Source: Pseudomonadota bacterium
GTDB taxonomy: Bacteria > Pseudomonadota > Alphaproteobacteria > UBA11222
Direction: 5' to 3'
Assembly (NCBI GenBank): GCA_049323975.1
Contig: JBMOMY010000288.1
Coordinates: 1 to 58,087, forward strand
Length of the DNA stretch: 58,087 nt
Shown here: piece after piece, positions 10,108 to 19,569 of the stretch
How positions within the stretch are numbered: position 1 is the first letter of the stretch
Layout of the letters: every line of letters starts with the position of its first letter
Made by a program: the position numbers and the translations under genes
The notes under the pieces: generated by a model
Databases searched by the model: none
What the model was told of the DNA's origin: nothing
The model's input: only the letters and a program-made list of their open reading frames with translations

Positions 10108-11205
10108 ATGGGATTTAGATGCGGTATTGTCGGCCTGCCGAATGTGGGCAAGTCCACCCTGTTCAATGCGCTGACCGAAACGGCGGCCGCGGAGGCGGCG
10201 AATTATCCGTTCTGCACCATTGAACCCAATGTGGGGGACGTGCCCGTGCCCGAACCGCGCCTGGATAAGCTGGCGGCCATCTCCAGATCCGCGAAGATCA
10301 TTCCCACGCGGCTTTCCTTCGTGGATATAGCCGGGCTGGTGCGCGGCGCATCGAAGGGCGAAGGACTGGGCAACCAGTTTCTGTCGCATATCCGCCAGGT
10401 GGACGCGATCATCCATGTACTGCGCTGTTTCGAAGACCCCAATGTCACCCATGTGGATAACCGGATCGACCCGATCGCCGACGCGGAAACGGTGGAAACC
10501 GAATTGATGCTGGCGGATATGGAAAGCCTCGAACGCCGCGTGGACGCGGCGCGCAAGAAGGCGGCGGGAAAGGATAAAGACGCGATCGCCCTGCTGGCGG
10601 TGATGGAGCCTGCGCTTGCCGCGCTGCGGGAGGGCAAGCCAGCGCGAATGGCGGATATTCCGGCGGATCAGCGGGCGCAGTTTCAGCAACTGGGTCTGAT
10701 CACGGCGAAACCCGTGCTTTATGTGTGTAATGTGGCCGAGGCCGACGCGGCGTCTGGAAATGCCCATACCCAGGCCGTCGCCCGCAAGGCCAAAGCGGAA
10801 GGGGCGGCGGCGATCATCGTATCGGCGGTGATCGAGGCCGAGGTCGCGGCCCTGCCGAAAGAAGAACGGGCGGAGTTTCTGGCCTCTCTCGGGCTGGAGG
10901 ATACAGGCCTCGCGCGTCTGATCCGCGCGGGTTACGCCTTGCTCGACCTGATCAGCTTCTTCACCGTCGGCCCAAAGGAGGCCCGCGCCTGGACCGTTCT
11001 GCGCGGCGCCAAGGCTCCGCAGGCGGCGGGCGTCATTCATACGGATTTTGAAAAGGGCTTCATCCGCGCCGAGACCATCGGCTATGATGATTATCTCGCC
11101 GGCAATGGCGAAACAGGCGCAAAGGATGCGGGAAAGATGCGCCTCGAAGGTAAGGACTATGTGGTGCAGGATGGCGACGTGCTGCATTTCCGCTTTGCGA
11201 ATTGA
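10108..11205 (+). CDS. ychF: redox-regulated ATPase YchF
   Basis: 365 aa. GIVGLPNVGKSTLFNALT, DIAGLV.GASKGEGLGNQFL and a C-terminal TGS-like DGDVLHFRFA. Confidence 0.95.
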   Translation: MGFRCGIVGLPNVGKSTLFNALTETAAAEAANYPFCTIEPNVGDVPVPEPRLDKLAAISRSAKIIPTRLSFVDIAGLVRGASKGEGLGNQFLSHIRQVDAIIHVLRCFEDPNVTHVDNRIDPIADAETVETELMLADMESLERRVDAARKKAAGKDKDAIALLAVMEPALAALREGKPARMADIPADQRAQFQQLGLITAKPVLYVCNVAEADAASGNAHTQAVARKAKAEGAAAIIVSAVIEAEVAALPKEERAEFLASLGLEDTGLARLIRAGYALLDLISFFTVGPKEARAWTVLRGAKAPQAAGVIHTDFEKGFIRAETIGYDDYLAGNGETGAKDAGKMRLEGKDYVVQDGDVLHFRFAN

Positions 11206-11208
11206 CAT

Positions 11209-11691
11209 TTGACAGGAGCAGGCATGGCCGGTCCAAAATATTACTGGGAAGATTTTGTACCGGGTGAGGTGGCGGAATTTGGACATTACGCCGTCAGCAG
11301 TGAAGAGATCATCGCCTTCGCCTCCGAATATGATCCCCAGACCATGCATATCGATGCCGAAGCGGCGAAAAAGACATTCATCGGAGGTCTGTGCGCCAGC
11401 GGCTGGCATAGCTGCGCCATGGCGATGCGCATGATCTGCGACCACTATCTGCTGCAATCCGCCAGTCCCGTCCTGCCTGGAATCGGGGAATCGAAATGGC
11501 GCGCGCCGGTGCGCCCCGGGGATATTCTCACCATGAAGCGCGAATGCCTTTCGCGCCGCCCGTCCGAATCGCAGCGCGAAATGGGGCATACCCGTTTCCG
11601 CCACACCATGACCAATCAGCATGGCGAAGTGAAAATGATTCTGGAAGGGGAGATGCGTTTCGCCCGCCGCGATGCGGAAGCGGGGACATGA
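11209..11691 (+). CDS. MaoC-like (hotdog-fold) dehydratase
   Basis: 160 aa. FASEYDPQTMHIDAEAA and [10 protein letters not shown] motifs. The start is ambiguous between 11209 and the ATG at 11224. Confidence 0.8.
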   Translation: MTGAGMAGPKYYWEDFVPGEVAEFGHYAVSSEEIIAFASEYDPQTMHIDAEAAKKTFIGGLCASGWHSCAMAMRMICDHYLLQSASPVLPGIGESKWRAPVRPGDILTMKRECLSRRPSESQREMGHTRFRHTMTNQHGEVKMILEGEMRFARRDAEAGT

Positions 11692-11695
11692 TCCA

Positions 11696-12313
11696 ATGCC
11701 GCCTGAGCGCCCCGAAGATCACGACGCAAGCGCACATGCGCAGAGGATGCGCCGCCGCAAGGCGCTGGTGGACGCCCGCATCGCCAGGGCAAGCCAGGAA
11801 CGCGGCGTCCTGATCGTCAATACCGGAAACGGCAAGGGCAAAAGTTCAGCCGCTTTCGGCATGCTGGCCCGCGCCCTTGGCCACCAGATGCGGGCGGGCG
11901 TGGTGCAGTTCATCAAGGGCGCGTTCAGCACGGGCGAGGAAGCGTTTTTCCGCCGGTTTCCGGAAGTTTCCTATCACGTGATGGGGGAGGGTTTCACATG
12001 GGAAACCCAGGATCGCGGCCGCGACGTCGCCGCCGCAAAAGCCGCCTGGGCAAAGGCCTGCGCCATGCTGGAGGACCCCTCCTATCAGCTTGTGATTCTG
12101 GACGAGCTGAATATCGTTCTGAAATACGAATATCTGGATACGGAGGAAGTCGTCTCCAGACTTTCCGCCCGCCCGCCCGCACAGCATGTGGTTGTCACCG
12201 GACGGCATGCGCCACAGGCGCTAATGGATATCGCCGACACCGTCACCCATATGCAGATGGTGAAACACGCCTTCGAAGCGGGAATACGCGCGCAGAAGGG
12301 CGTGGAATTGTGA
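11696..12313 (+). CDS. cobO: cob(I)yrinic acid a,c-diamide adenosyltransferase
   Basis: GVLIVNTGNGKGKSSAAFG P-loop and LVILDELN motif. The start is ambiguous. The track start 11672 overlaps the MaoC gene, while the ATG at 11696 follows its stop. Confidence 0.9.
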   Translation: MPPERPEDHDASAHAQRMRRRKALVDARIARASQERGVLIVNTGNGKGKSSAAFGMLARALGHQMRAGVVQFIKGAFSTGEEAFFRRFPEVSYHVMGEGFTWETQDRGRDVAAAKAAWAKACAMLEDPSYQLVILDELNIVLKYEYLDTEEVVSRLSARPPAQHVVVTGRHAPQALMDIADTVTHMQMVKHAFEAGIRAQKGVEL

Positions 12314-12458
12314 ATACCCCATCCCGGCGCCCGGCGCTGATGCTTTCCGTCCCCGCGCCGGATAAGGGCGCGGATAACGAGGCGGCGTACCTGACCGCCT
12401 CCTGTATCCATCTCAATTTCCCCTCCAATTCCTGGGCGGCCGCCAGGCTGTTTCCGCA

Positions 12459-13256
12459 ATGAGCCGTTATCCCTGCCGGATCGTCTGTTTGACGGAAGAA
12501 ACCACAGAGACCCTGTATCTTCTGGGAGAGCAGGAAAGAATTGCGGGCATATCCGGCTATACGGTTAGGCCGCCGCGGGCGCGCAGGGAAAAGCCGAAAA
12601 TCTCCGCATTCATCAGTGCGAAGACTGACGCCATCCTTGCGCTTGAACCCGATCTGGTTCTGGGCTTTTCCGATTTGCAGGCGGACATTGCGCGCGATCT
12701 CGTGCGCGCCGGCCTGAATGTGCATATCTTCAACCAGCGCACGGTGCAGGGCATTCTGGACATGATCTCTTTGCTCGGGGCCATGGTGGGCGCATCCGCA
12801 AAAGCCGAAACGCTTGTGATGCAATACCAGGAAAATCTGGACAGGATACGCAACCGCGCGGGATCCTATAATATCCGTCCACGGGTTTATTTCGAGGAAT
12901 GGCCGGATCCGGTGATTTCCGGCATCGGCTGGGTATCTGAACTGGTGGAAATCGCCGGAGGCGTGGATTGCTTTGGAGAGCTTTCGGCGGCGCCCCTGGC
13001 CAAAGACCGCATTATCGCCAATACGGATGAAATCATCCGTCGTCAGCCGGATATCATGATCGGTTCCTGGTGCGGCAGGAAATTCCAGCCAAAACAGGTG
13101 CGCCAGCGGCCAGGCTGGGACGCCATACCGGCAGTGCGGGACGGCGCGCTGTTTGAAATCAAATCTCCCGAAATCCTGCAGCCGGGCCCGGCCGCACTGA
13201 CGGACGGACTGGCGGCCCTTGACAGGATCATCAGGGGCTGGGTGGAAGAACGATGA
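12459..13256 (+). CDS. cobalamin-binding (BtuF-like) periplasmic-binding-fold protein
   Basis: 265 aa. [26 protein letters not shown] and PDLVLGFSD motifs of class 8 substrate-binding proteins. No obvious signal peptide and no adjacent btuCD. Confidence 0.7.
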   Translation: MSRYPCRIVCLTEETTETLYLLGEQERIAGISGYTVRPPRARREKPKISAFISAKTDAILALEPDLVLGFSDLQADIARDLVRAGLNVHIFNQRTVQGILDMISLLGAMVGASAKAETLVMQYQENLDRIRNRAGSYNIRPRVYFEEWPDPVISGIGWVSELVEIAGGVDCFGELSAAPLAKDRIIANTDEIIRRQPDIMIGSWCGRKFQPKQVRQRPGWDAIPAVRDGALFEIKSPEILQPGPAALTDGLAALDRIIRGWVEER

Positions 13257-14746
13257 CGGCCCGCACGTTGATGGTGCAGGGAACGACATCGGACGCGGGC
13301 AAGACCACGCTGGTGGCGGGCCTTGGCCGGGTGATGGCGCGGCGCGGCGTCCGCGTCGCCCCGTTCAAGCCGCAGAATATGGCCCTGAACAGCGCCGTCA
13401 CGTCAGATGGAGGCGAAATCGGCCGCGCGCAGGCGGTGCAGGCGCAGGCCTGTTATCTTGATCCGCATACGGATATGAATCCGGTCCTCCTGAAGCCCAA
13501 CAGCGACACGGGCGCCCAGGTCATCGTGCATGGCCGTGCGCTGCGCAATATGGAGGCGGGCGCCTATCAGGATTACAAGCAGATCGCCATGCGGGCGGTG
13601 CTGGAATCCCATGCGCGTTTGCGCGCGCAATATGACCTGATTCTGGCGGAAGGCGCGGGCTCGCCAGCCGAAATCAATCTGCGCGCCGGAGATGTCGCCA
13701 ATATGGGATTCGCCGAAGCGGTGGATTGCCCGGTTATTCTGATCGCCGATATCGACCGCGGCGGCGTGTTCGCGCATCTGGTGGGAACGCTGGCGCTGCT
13801 GAGCGAAAGCGAACAGGCGCGGGTCAGGGGGTTTGTCATCAACCGGTTTCGCGGCGACATCCGGCTGCTGGAGCCGGGTTTACGATGGCTCGAAGCCCGC
13901 ACGGGCAAACCGGTGATCGGCGTGCTGCCCTATCTGCAGGGGTTTCATCTGGAGGCCGAAGACGCGCTGCCAAGGGACAGAACTGCTTCAGGCCGGGGCC
14001 TGTGCGTCATCGCGCCCGCGCTGCCCCGCATCAGCAACGCGACGGATTTTGACCCGCTGCGGCTGCACCCGCAGGTGGATTTCCACTATTGCGGACCGGG
14101 GGAAACGCCGCCTCCGGCGGATCTGATCATTCTGCCCGGATCGAAATCCGTGCGGGACGACCTTGCCTGGCTGCGGGCGACGGGCTGGGATCAGACGATC
14201 CGGCGTCATCTGCGTTATGGCGGCAGGCTGATGGGCATTTGCGGCGGGTTTCAGATGCTGGGAATGCGCATTGACGATCCCCATGGGATTGAAGGGCCGC
14301 CCGGCGGCAGCGCTGGGCTCGGTTATTTCGACATGCAGACCGTGCTGGCCCCGGAGAAGCAGCTGCATCGGGTGGAGGGCAGGCTGTCGCTGGAAGCGGC
14401 GCCGGTAACGGGTTATGAAATTCACGCAGGCGTTACGGAAGGCGCGGCCCTGAGGCGGCCCGCCCTGCATCTGAACGGCCGTGACGATGGCGCGCGGTCG
14501 GAAGACGATCAGATCTTGGGAACCTATCTGCACGGGATTTTCGAATCTTCCGCCGGATGCGACGCCCTGCTGCGCTGGGCGGGGCTGGCGCAGCCGGAAA
14601 GCCCTGACTATATTATGCGGCGCGATCAGGAAATTTCACGACTGGCGGACGTGCTGGAAACGCATCTGGATCTGCGCATCCTGGCGGATCTGACCGGAAT
14701 CCTAGTGTCACCAGCAGCAGGGGGTAGAAATGGCGCAATGGCTTGA
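13253..14746 (+). CDS. cobQ: cobyric acid synthase
   Basis: 497 aa. [23 protein letters not shown] and the glutamine amidotransferase block [10 protein letters not shown]...YLHGIF. ATGA overlap with the upstream gene. Confidence 0.95.
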   Translation: MTARTLMVQGTTSDAGKTTLVAGLGRVMARRGVRVAPFKPQNMALNSAVTSDGGEIGRAQAVQAQACYLDPHTDMNPVLLKPNSDTGAQVIVHGRALRNMEAGAYQDYKQIAMRAVLESHARLRAQYDLILAEGAGSPAEINLRAGDVANMGFAEAVDCPVILIADIDRGGVFAHLVGTLALLSESEQARVRGFVINRFRGDIRLLEPGLRWLEARTGKPVIGVLPYLQGFHLEAEDALPRDRTASGRGLCVIAPALPRISNATDFDPLRLHPQVDFHYCGPGETPPPADLIILPGSKSVRDDLAWLRATGWDQTIRRHLRYGGRLMGICGGFQMLGMRIDDPHGIEGPPGGSAGLGYFDMQTVLAPEKQLHRVEGRLSLEAAPVTGYEIHAGVTEGAALRRPALHLNGRDDGARSEDDQILGTYLHGIFESSAGCDALLRWAGLAQPESPDYIMRRDQEISRLADVLETHLDLRILADLTGILVSPAAGGRNGAMA

Positions 14747-15227
14747 GGATATAGAACTGGGCAACCGTATCGATCTCGGGCCCTGGGTGATGGATGAGGC
14801 GGAGATGATCGCCTTCGCGCGCAAATATGATCCGCAGCCCTTGCATATCGACCCCGCCGCTGCGGCCCTTTCCCCCCATGGCGGCGTCATTGCGAGCGGC
14901 TGGTTCATTGTCGCCTGCTGGATGCGGGCGATGATCCGGCAGCGCATGGAACAGACAGCGAAATATGAAAAACCGGAAAGTGATTCCGCCGGAAATGGGC
15001 CAAAACCGCAAAACGGCCCTTCACCGGGATTTCTCGACATGCAGTGGCCCACCCCGGTGCGTCCGGGCGACATCCTGACCTTCACCGCCACAACGGCGGA
15101 AAAAATCCTGATGAAAAGCCGTCCCCAATGGGGCATCATCCGAAGCGCCAATGAAGGATTCAACCAGAAAGGGGAACAGGTACTGCGTTTTACCGGCCAG
15201 GGCATGGTGATGCGCAGACCACAATAG
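14730..15227 (+). CDS. MaoC-like (hotdog-fold) dehydratase, paralogue of 11209..11691
   Basis: 165 aa. [17 protein letters not shown] and [10 protein letters not shown] align with the same blocks in the first MaoC gene. Confidence 0.8.
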   Translation: MAQWLEDIELGNRIDLGPWVMDEAEMIAFARKYDPQPLHIDPAAAALSPHGGVIASGWFIVACWMRAMIRQRMEQTAKYEKPESDSAGNGPKPQNGPSPGFLDMQWPTPVRPGDILTFTATTAEKILMKSRPQWGIIRSANEGFNQKGEQVLRFTGQGMVMRRPQ

Positions 15228-15255
15228 CACCGGAACAGCAAGGGAGAAAATCACG

Positions 15256-15939
15256 ATGGCGCATCTGGGCAAGATGATTTCACTCAAAAGCGGCGATGGC
15301 GCGGCGATCGATTATTATCATGTGGAGGCGCAGGGCCCACGCAAGGGCGGGCTGGTCTGTGTGATGGAAATTTTCGGCGTCACCGATCACATCAAGGATG
15401 TCTGCGACGCCTGGGCGAAAGAGGGGCTGGAAGTGGTGTCCCCTGCGCTTTACGACCGGCAGGAAAAGAATTTCCAGGCGACCTATTCCCAGGAAGACGT
15501 GCAGAAAGGCCTTGCCCTGCGGGCGAAGAACAGCATGGAAAACTGCATCATGGATGTGCAGTCCGGCATTGATTTCCTGAAATCCCGAAATGCGGGTCCG
15601 GTGCATGTCACCGGTTATTGCTATGGCGGCTCAATCGCCTGGGTGGCGGCCTGCCGCTGTGACGGCCTCGCCTCATCAGCGGGATATTATGGCGGCATGA
15701 TCGGCGATCATATCGATGAAAAGCCGAAATGCCCCACCATTCTGCATTTCGGCGAACACGATAAATCCATCCCCATGACTCTGGTGCGCAAGATCGAGGC
15801 GGCCCATCCGGACGTCAAGGTCTATGTCTATGACGCCGGGCATGGCTTTCAGTCCGACCGGCGCACGGACTATAACGAATCTTGCGCCAAACTCGCCAAA
15901 CAGCGGTCTCTGGAACTGTTTGCGGCGAATGCAAAATAA
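15256..15939 (+). CDS. dienelactone hydrolase family protein
   Basis: 227 aa. VMEIFGV, the nucleophile block GYCYGG and a C-terminal YDAGHGF. Confidence 0.85.
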   Translation: MAHLGKMISLKSGDGAAIDYYHVEAQGPRKGGLVCVMEIFGVTDHIKDVCDAWAKEGLEVVSPALYDRQEKNFQATYSQEDVQKGLALRAKNSMENCIMDVQSGIDFLKSRNAGPVHVTGYCYGGSIAWVAACRCDGLASSAGYYGGMIGDHIDEKPKCPTILHFGEHDKSIPMTLVRKIEAAHPDVKVYVYDAGHGFQSDRRTDYNESCAKLAKQRSLELFAANAK

Positions 15940-15941
15940 AT

Positions 15942-16586
15942 TTACAGACGCCGTCCTAATGCCGAGGCGATGTCTTCGCCAGAGGCGTTGGGCGGCAATA
16001 TACCGCTAAGATTTCCTTCGCCATCCAGAAAGTAAATCCATGAACCATGTGCATAAACAGGTTCGCCTTCAGCCGTGATATGCACCAGCGCCTTCTTGAT
16101 TCTATAGGCGTCGATGGCGGTTTTGATTTGTGCGTCACTGCCCGTCAGCCCCATTATGCGGGGGTGTTCGCGGGCAAACTCCGTGCGCAGGAGTTCTGAC
16201 GTATCATGGCCGGGATCGATCGTGATCATGACCGGCCGCACCTTGCCAGCCTGTTCAGCCGGTAAAAGGTCAAGCGCATGTTCCATGGCGTCCAGCGCAA
16301 CCGGACAGATTCCGGGACAGCGCGCATAACCAAAAAACAGCATCACCAACTGGCCCTTAAAATCCTGCCGGCTGTCAATGCTGCGGCCGTTCGCATCCTG
16401 CAGCCGGAACGGGCCGCCAATATCTGCTGGAAAAGCGCCACTGCCGTCACGGGATGCGGGGTCCGGCGCAGCGCGGGGCGTATGGGCCGCATGCTGGTCA
16501 GGTTCATGTGCGTAGGCTGCTGCCGGGATTGTCAGCAATGTCAGCAATGTCAGCAAGACTGCATATGCTGCTGCGGGGCCTGTCAT
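15942..16586 (-). CDS. SCO1/SenC-family copper chaperone / thiol-disulfide oxidoreductase
   Basis: FFGYARCPGICP (CxxxC) and a thioredoxin-fold context. I prefer the start at 16586 (MTGPAAAY...) because it forms an ATGA overlap with the upstream stop. The track start is 16607. Confidence 0.9.
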   Translation of the reverse strand: MTGPAAAYAVLLTLLTLLTIPAAAYAHEPDQHAAHTPRAAPDPASRDGSGAFPADIGGPFRLQDANGRSIDSRQDFKGQLVMLFFGYARCPGICPVALDAMEHALDLLPAEQAGKVRPVMITIDPGHDTSELLRTEFAREHPRIMGLTGSDAQIKTAIDAYRIKKALVHITAEGEPVYAHGSWIYFLDGEGNLSGILPPNASGEDIASALGRRL

Positions 16587-17149
16587 TCTGTGTTTTCCTT
16601 CAGCCATGCCGCATCCGCTTCCTGACCAATCCCGAAATAACCGTCCTTTGCAATCGCCGCCTTGATTTTCGGGTCATGCCGGTACCATGCCCGCGCCTCT
16701 TTACCGGCGGGATCGAAGCCATTTCTCCTGGCCCATTCTGCAACGCCCTTCGTCGCTTTAATGGCGGCGCCATCTGTCAGCACGGCCTGCACCACATAAA
16801 CGCGATAACCGGAATGGCCCGTGAACAACCCATCCAGCGTCACCGCCTTGCCGCAGAAAGGAAGCAGCTCAACAGTCGCCCCAAAGAATGGCTGGGCATT
16901 TTTGATCACGGGTATGAGTTTGCCTTCTTCGGTCTTAATGCCCAACTGGTGTTTGCCTCCCCCGCAATCCTGGGAGGGCTCTCCCGTAATAATGGCGCGT
17001 AAATCCACCACGGTCCCACTCAGCGGCGCGATTTCCTCATCCGTCAGGTTCCAGCTTGTTGCGGCATATGCCGGGGGGCTTATGATCAGCAGGCCAAGGG
17101 CAAACAGGCGAAAAAGAGTTGATTGACTGGACATGCCAATGCTCCTCAT
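16583..17149 (-). CDS. exported hypothetical protein (SCO-operon protein B)
   Basis: 188 aa. Signal peptide ending PPAYA/AT. No family recognised. ATGA overlaps at both ends. Confidence 0.7.
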   Translation of the reverse strand: MRSIGMSSQSTLFRLFALGLLIISPPAYAATSWNLTDEEIAPLSGTVVDLRAIITGEPSQDCGGGKHQLGIKTEEGKLIPVIKNAQPFFGATVELLPFCGKAVTLDGLFTGHSGYRVYVVQAVLTDGAAIKATKGVAEWARRNGFDPAGKEARAWYRHDPKIKAAIAKDGYFGIGQEADAAWLKENTE

Positions 17150-17604
17150 GGCTTTGCGATGGGTTTCGGGGCGGCCGCTTCAGGGATTGGGCCATAATCT
17201 TCATGGGTGTGGTTAGGGATGCCCGCATCTTTTATGATCCTGGCGATAACGACATAATTCATGCCGTCGCGTTCAAAAGCGCGGCCTTCCACGGTAATCC
17301 TGTGGCTTTGATTTTCAAACAGACCGGGCGCCGCAACGCTGGTTGTGTCTGCACCTTCTCCCAGCACCAGATATACTTTGCCATCATCCGTCAGCAAGCC
17401 AACCGGGACGCCGCCTGCGGCGCACCATAACGCGCAATGATGATGAGCCGTTCCGCGCGTGGCTTCGGGTCCACCCATTACGCCGGAAAGATAACAAAAG
17501 CTGTCTATCAGCTCGCCCTCAAGCGTGAGCGAACCCTCAGCAGCAGCCATTGTGGCCTGATTCCAGAGAAGAGCCGCCATCACTGCGACAACTGATTTAT
17601 ACAT
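17146..17604 (-). CDS. exported hypothetical Cys/His-cluster protein (SCO-operon protein A)
   Basis: 152 aa. Signal peptide MYKSVVAVMAALLWNQATMAAA. Cys/His cluster FCYLSG...HHHCALWC. No family recognised. Confidence 0.7.
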   Translation of the reverse strand: MYKSVVAVMAALLWNQATMAAAEGSLTLEGELIDSFCYLSGVMGGPEATRGTAHHHCALWCAAGGVPVGLLTDDGKVYLVLGEGADTTSVAAPGLFENQSHRITVEGRAFERDGMNYVVIARIIKDAGIPNHTHEDYGPIPEAAAPKPIAKP

Positions 17605-17756
17605 GGGCCCTCTGTTTTCTATAATTGCCTATATCCGTATTGCCTATTCGATGAAGCCGCTAAAGAGGTTACATGCGCATGATGATAAAAGTATTTTTAC
17701 ATTTATCTTCCCTCTCGTCATGATGGGAGCAGGACGCAATAAAGGATATATTCCGA

Positions 17757-18614
17757 ATGGCGCTGCATGAGAAATTGGGGACCGTCGGCGGCTTGTTCCG
17801 TTATCCGGTCAAATCCCTCTGCGGAGAGGGGCTGGAAGCCGCCGATCTGACGGCTGCGGGCGTAAGCGGCGACCGGCAGTGGGCGTTCTGGGATGTGGCG
17901 CGGAAAGAAATCAGCAATGCCAAGCGCAGCCCGCCGCTTCTGCTGATTGCAGCCCAGTCCCTCGAAAACGGGCATGCGCTATTGCGGCTTCCCGATGGCA
18001 GTTCGGTTCATACTGGCGCGCCGGATTGCGCCCATACGGTTTCAGGTTTCCTCGGCAGGGAAGTGAAGCTTTATGGACTGCGCCCGGCAAGCGAGAAGGC
18101 GCATTTCGCCCGTGAAAGGATCGCGCCGGAAAAACGCGAAGCGCAAATGCGGGAAGTGCTCGGACTGCTGGCGCATGAACCGCTGCCCGATTTTTCAAAA
18201 TTGCCCCGCGAGGCTCTGCTGCATACGACCGTGCCCGGCACCTATTTCGACGCCGCGCCGCTTCACGTCATTCTGGCGTCGGAACTCAAGCGCCTGCAGG
18301 AGAGCCTGTCCGATACGGTGGTGAACGCCCTGCGCTTCCGCCCCAATATCGTCATCGATGACCGGGCGGCGCCTCATTCATCGGAAAGCCTGATCGGCGC
18401 AACGCTGCAAATGGGAACCGCCAGGATTAAACTCGACTACCTGACGCCGCGCTGTTCAATGACCACTCATGCCCAGGAAGGGCTTGCGAAAGCGCCGCAA
18501 ATCATGCGCAGGCTGGTGCAGGACTGGAAGCACGATTTCGGCCTGTATGGCGGCGTCATACAGGAAGGATGCATCCGCAGAGGGGATCCCGTCAGCCGTG
18601 CCGCAGCCGCGTGA
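17757..18614 (+). CDS. MOSC domain-containing protein
   Basis: 285 aa. N-terminal beta-barrel block LFRYPVKSLCGE, RFRPNIVI, and the conserved Cys in LTPRCSMT. Confidence 0.85.
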   Translation: MALHEKLGTVGGLFRYPVKSLCGEGLEAADLTAAGVSGDRQWAFWDVARKEISNAKRSPPLLLIAAQSLENGHALLRLPDGSSVHTGAPDCAHTVSGFLGREVKLYGLRPASEKAHFARERIAPEKREAQMREVLGLLAHEPLPDFSKLPREALLHTTVPGTYFDAAPLHVILASELKRLQESLSDTVVNALRFRPNIVIDDRAAPHSSESLIGATLQMGTARIKLDYLTPRCSMTTHAQEGLAKAPQIMRRLVQDWKHDFGLYGGVIQEGCIRRGDPVSRAAAA

Positions 18615-18746
18615 CTTCCCCTGGATTTACCGCTGCATTCACCGCTTGTCTGACGGGTTTGAAATTGCGGCGCTGCATGCGCCAGCCGCATAAGGCAACT
18701 TCACATCCACCCCCATCGCAATCCTATAGCCGCCAGCGCCCTTCAG

Positions 18747-18797
18747 GAATCTGAACCTCGTTCGTCCCGGCGGAGGCGTGTGACGAAATTCAGATTC
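18747..18797. repeat. imperfect 15-bp inverted repeat (GAATCTGAAccTCGT ... ACGAaaTTCAGATTC) with a 21-nt spacer
   Basis: Read directly from the sequence. It lies in the convergent spacer 18 nt beyond the csp stop. No U-tract follows on either strand. Confidence 0.5.
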
Positions 18798-18814
18798 GGG
18801 TCAGAGCGCTGCGG

Positions 18815-19309
18815 CTAAAGCAGCTCGATGCTCTCGGCCTGAGGGCCTTTCTGACCCTGACTGATGCCGACCTTCACCCGCTGTCCTTCCGGCAGGGCGT
18901 TGATCCCTGCGCGCTCCACTACCGAGATGTGCAGGAAAATATCCTTGCCGCCGGTGTCAGGCTGCACGAAACCGAATCCCTTGGCCGGATTGAACCACTT
19001 CACGATCCCCTCCATGGAGCCCGTGATCTGGCCGCCGCCCCGGGATGCGCCGCCGCCGCCGCCACCTCCGCCGCCGCCCTGTGACGGCGCCGGCCTTGGG
19101 CCTTCCTTCACAGAGAAGATCTGTTCGATCTGCGGCCCCTTGCGCCCCTGTCCCACCTCGCATTCAATCGAGGTGCCCTCACCCAGACTGGCGTAACCCG
19201 CGCGCTCAACCACCGAGATATGAAGGAAAGCGTCAGGGGTGCCGTCATCAAAGGTAACAAAACCAAATCCCTTGGCGGGATTGAACCATTTAACCGTCGC
19301 ATGCGTCAT
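18815..19309 (-). CDS. cold-shock protein with two tandem CSDs joined by a Gly-rich linker
   Basis: VKWFNPAKGFGFV occurs twice, each followed by FLHISVVERAG. The two copies are separated by SQGGGGGGGGGGASRGGG. Start set at MTHATVKWFN (19309). Confidence 0.9.
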   Translation of the reverse strand: MTHATVKWFNPAKGFGFVTFDDGTPDAFLHISVVERAGYASLGEGTSIECEVGQGRKGPQIEQIFSVKEGPRPAPSQGGGGGGGGGGASRGGGQITGSMEGIVKWFNPAKGFGFVQPDTGGKDIFLHISVVERAGINALPEGQRVKVGISQGQKGPQAESIELL

Positions 19310-19569
19310 TCGAAAGAAACCCGGAATAAAGTTGTTGTCCCCTACAGTAATAGTATTTTCTGCGCCAAGCATAGTTTTTTTTATAATGCGAAACCGCCAT
19401 CCTGATTTTTATAGTTCATTAGAAATTCATCGCCCAGGGCGCGCCGGATTGAAGGAAATTACTAGATGAAGGGGCGCATCAACAAGAAATGCGCGACTCC
19501 GCGCGGTGACGCCAGGCGGGGGGAGGATTGAACCCCGTGATCCCGCATTCTCCGTTTCCTATCTTCACA

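Noticed and set aside
10045-11622. 525-aa ORF on the minus strand
   Set aside because: It is fully antisense to ychF and the MaoC gene. Its Arg/His/Gly-rich, low-complexity composition is typical of shadow ORFs in GC-rich DNA, and the plus-strand products have unmistakable family motifs.
12314-12458. Possible cobalamin riboswitch in the spacer before the BtuF-like gene (and upstream of cobO)
   Set aside because: I could not find the conserved B12-box core or the characteristic paired elements. The spacer is short and GC-rich. A cmscan is still needed to be sure.
19515-19550. tRNA T-arm-like string (reverse complement GGGGTTCAATCCTCCCC) between csp and the histidine kinase
   Set aside because: The stem pairs poorly. 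No acceptor, D-arm or anticodon arm can be built around it. It is more likely part of the kinase gene's 3' structure.
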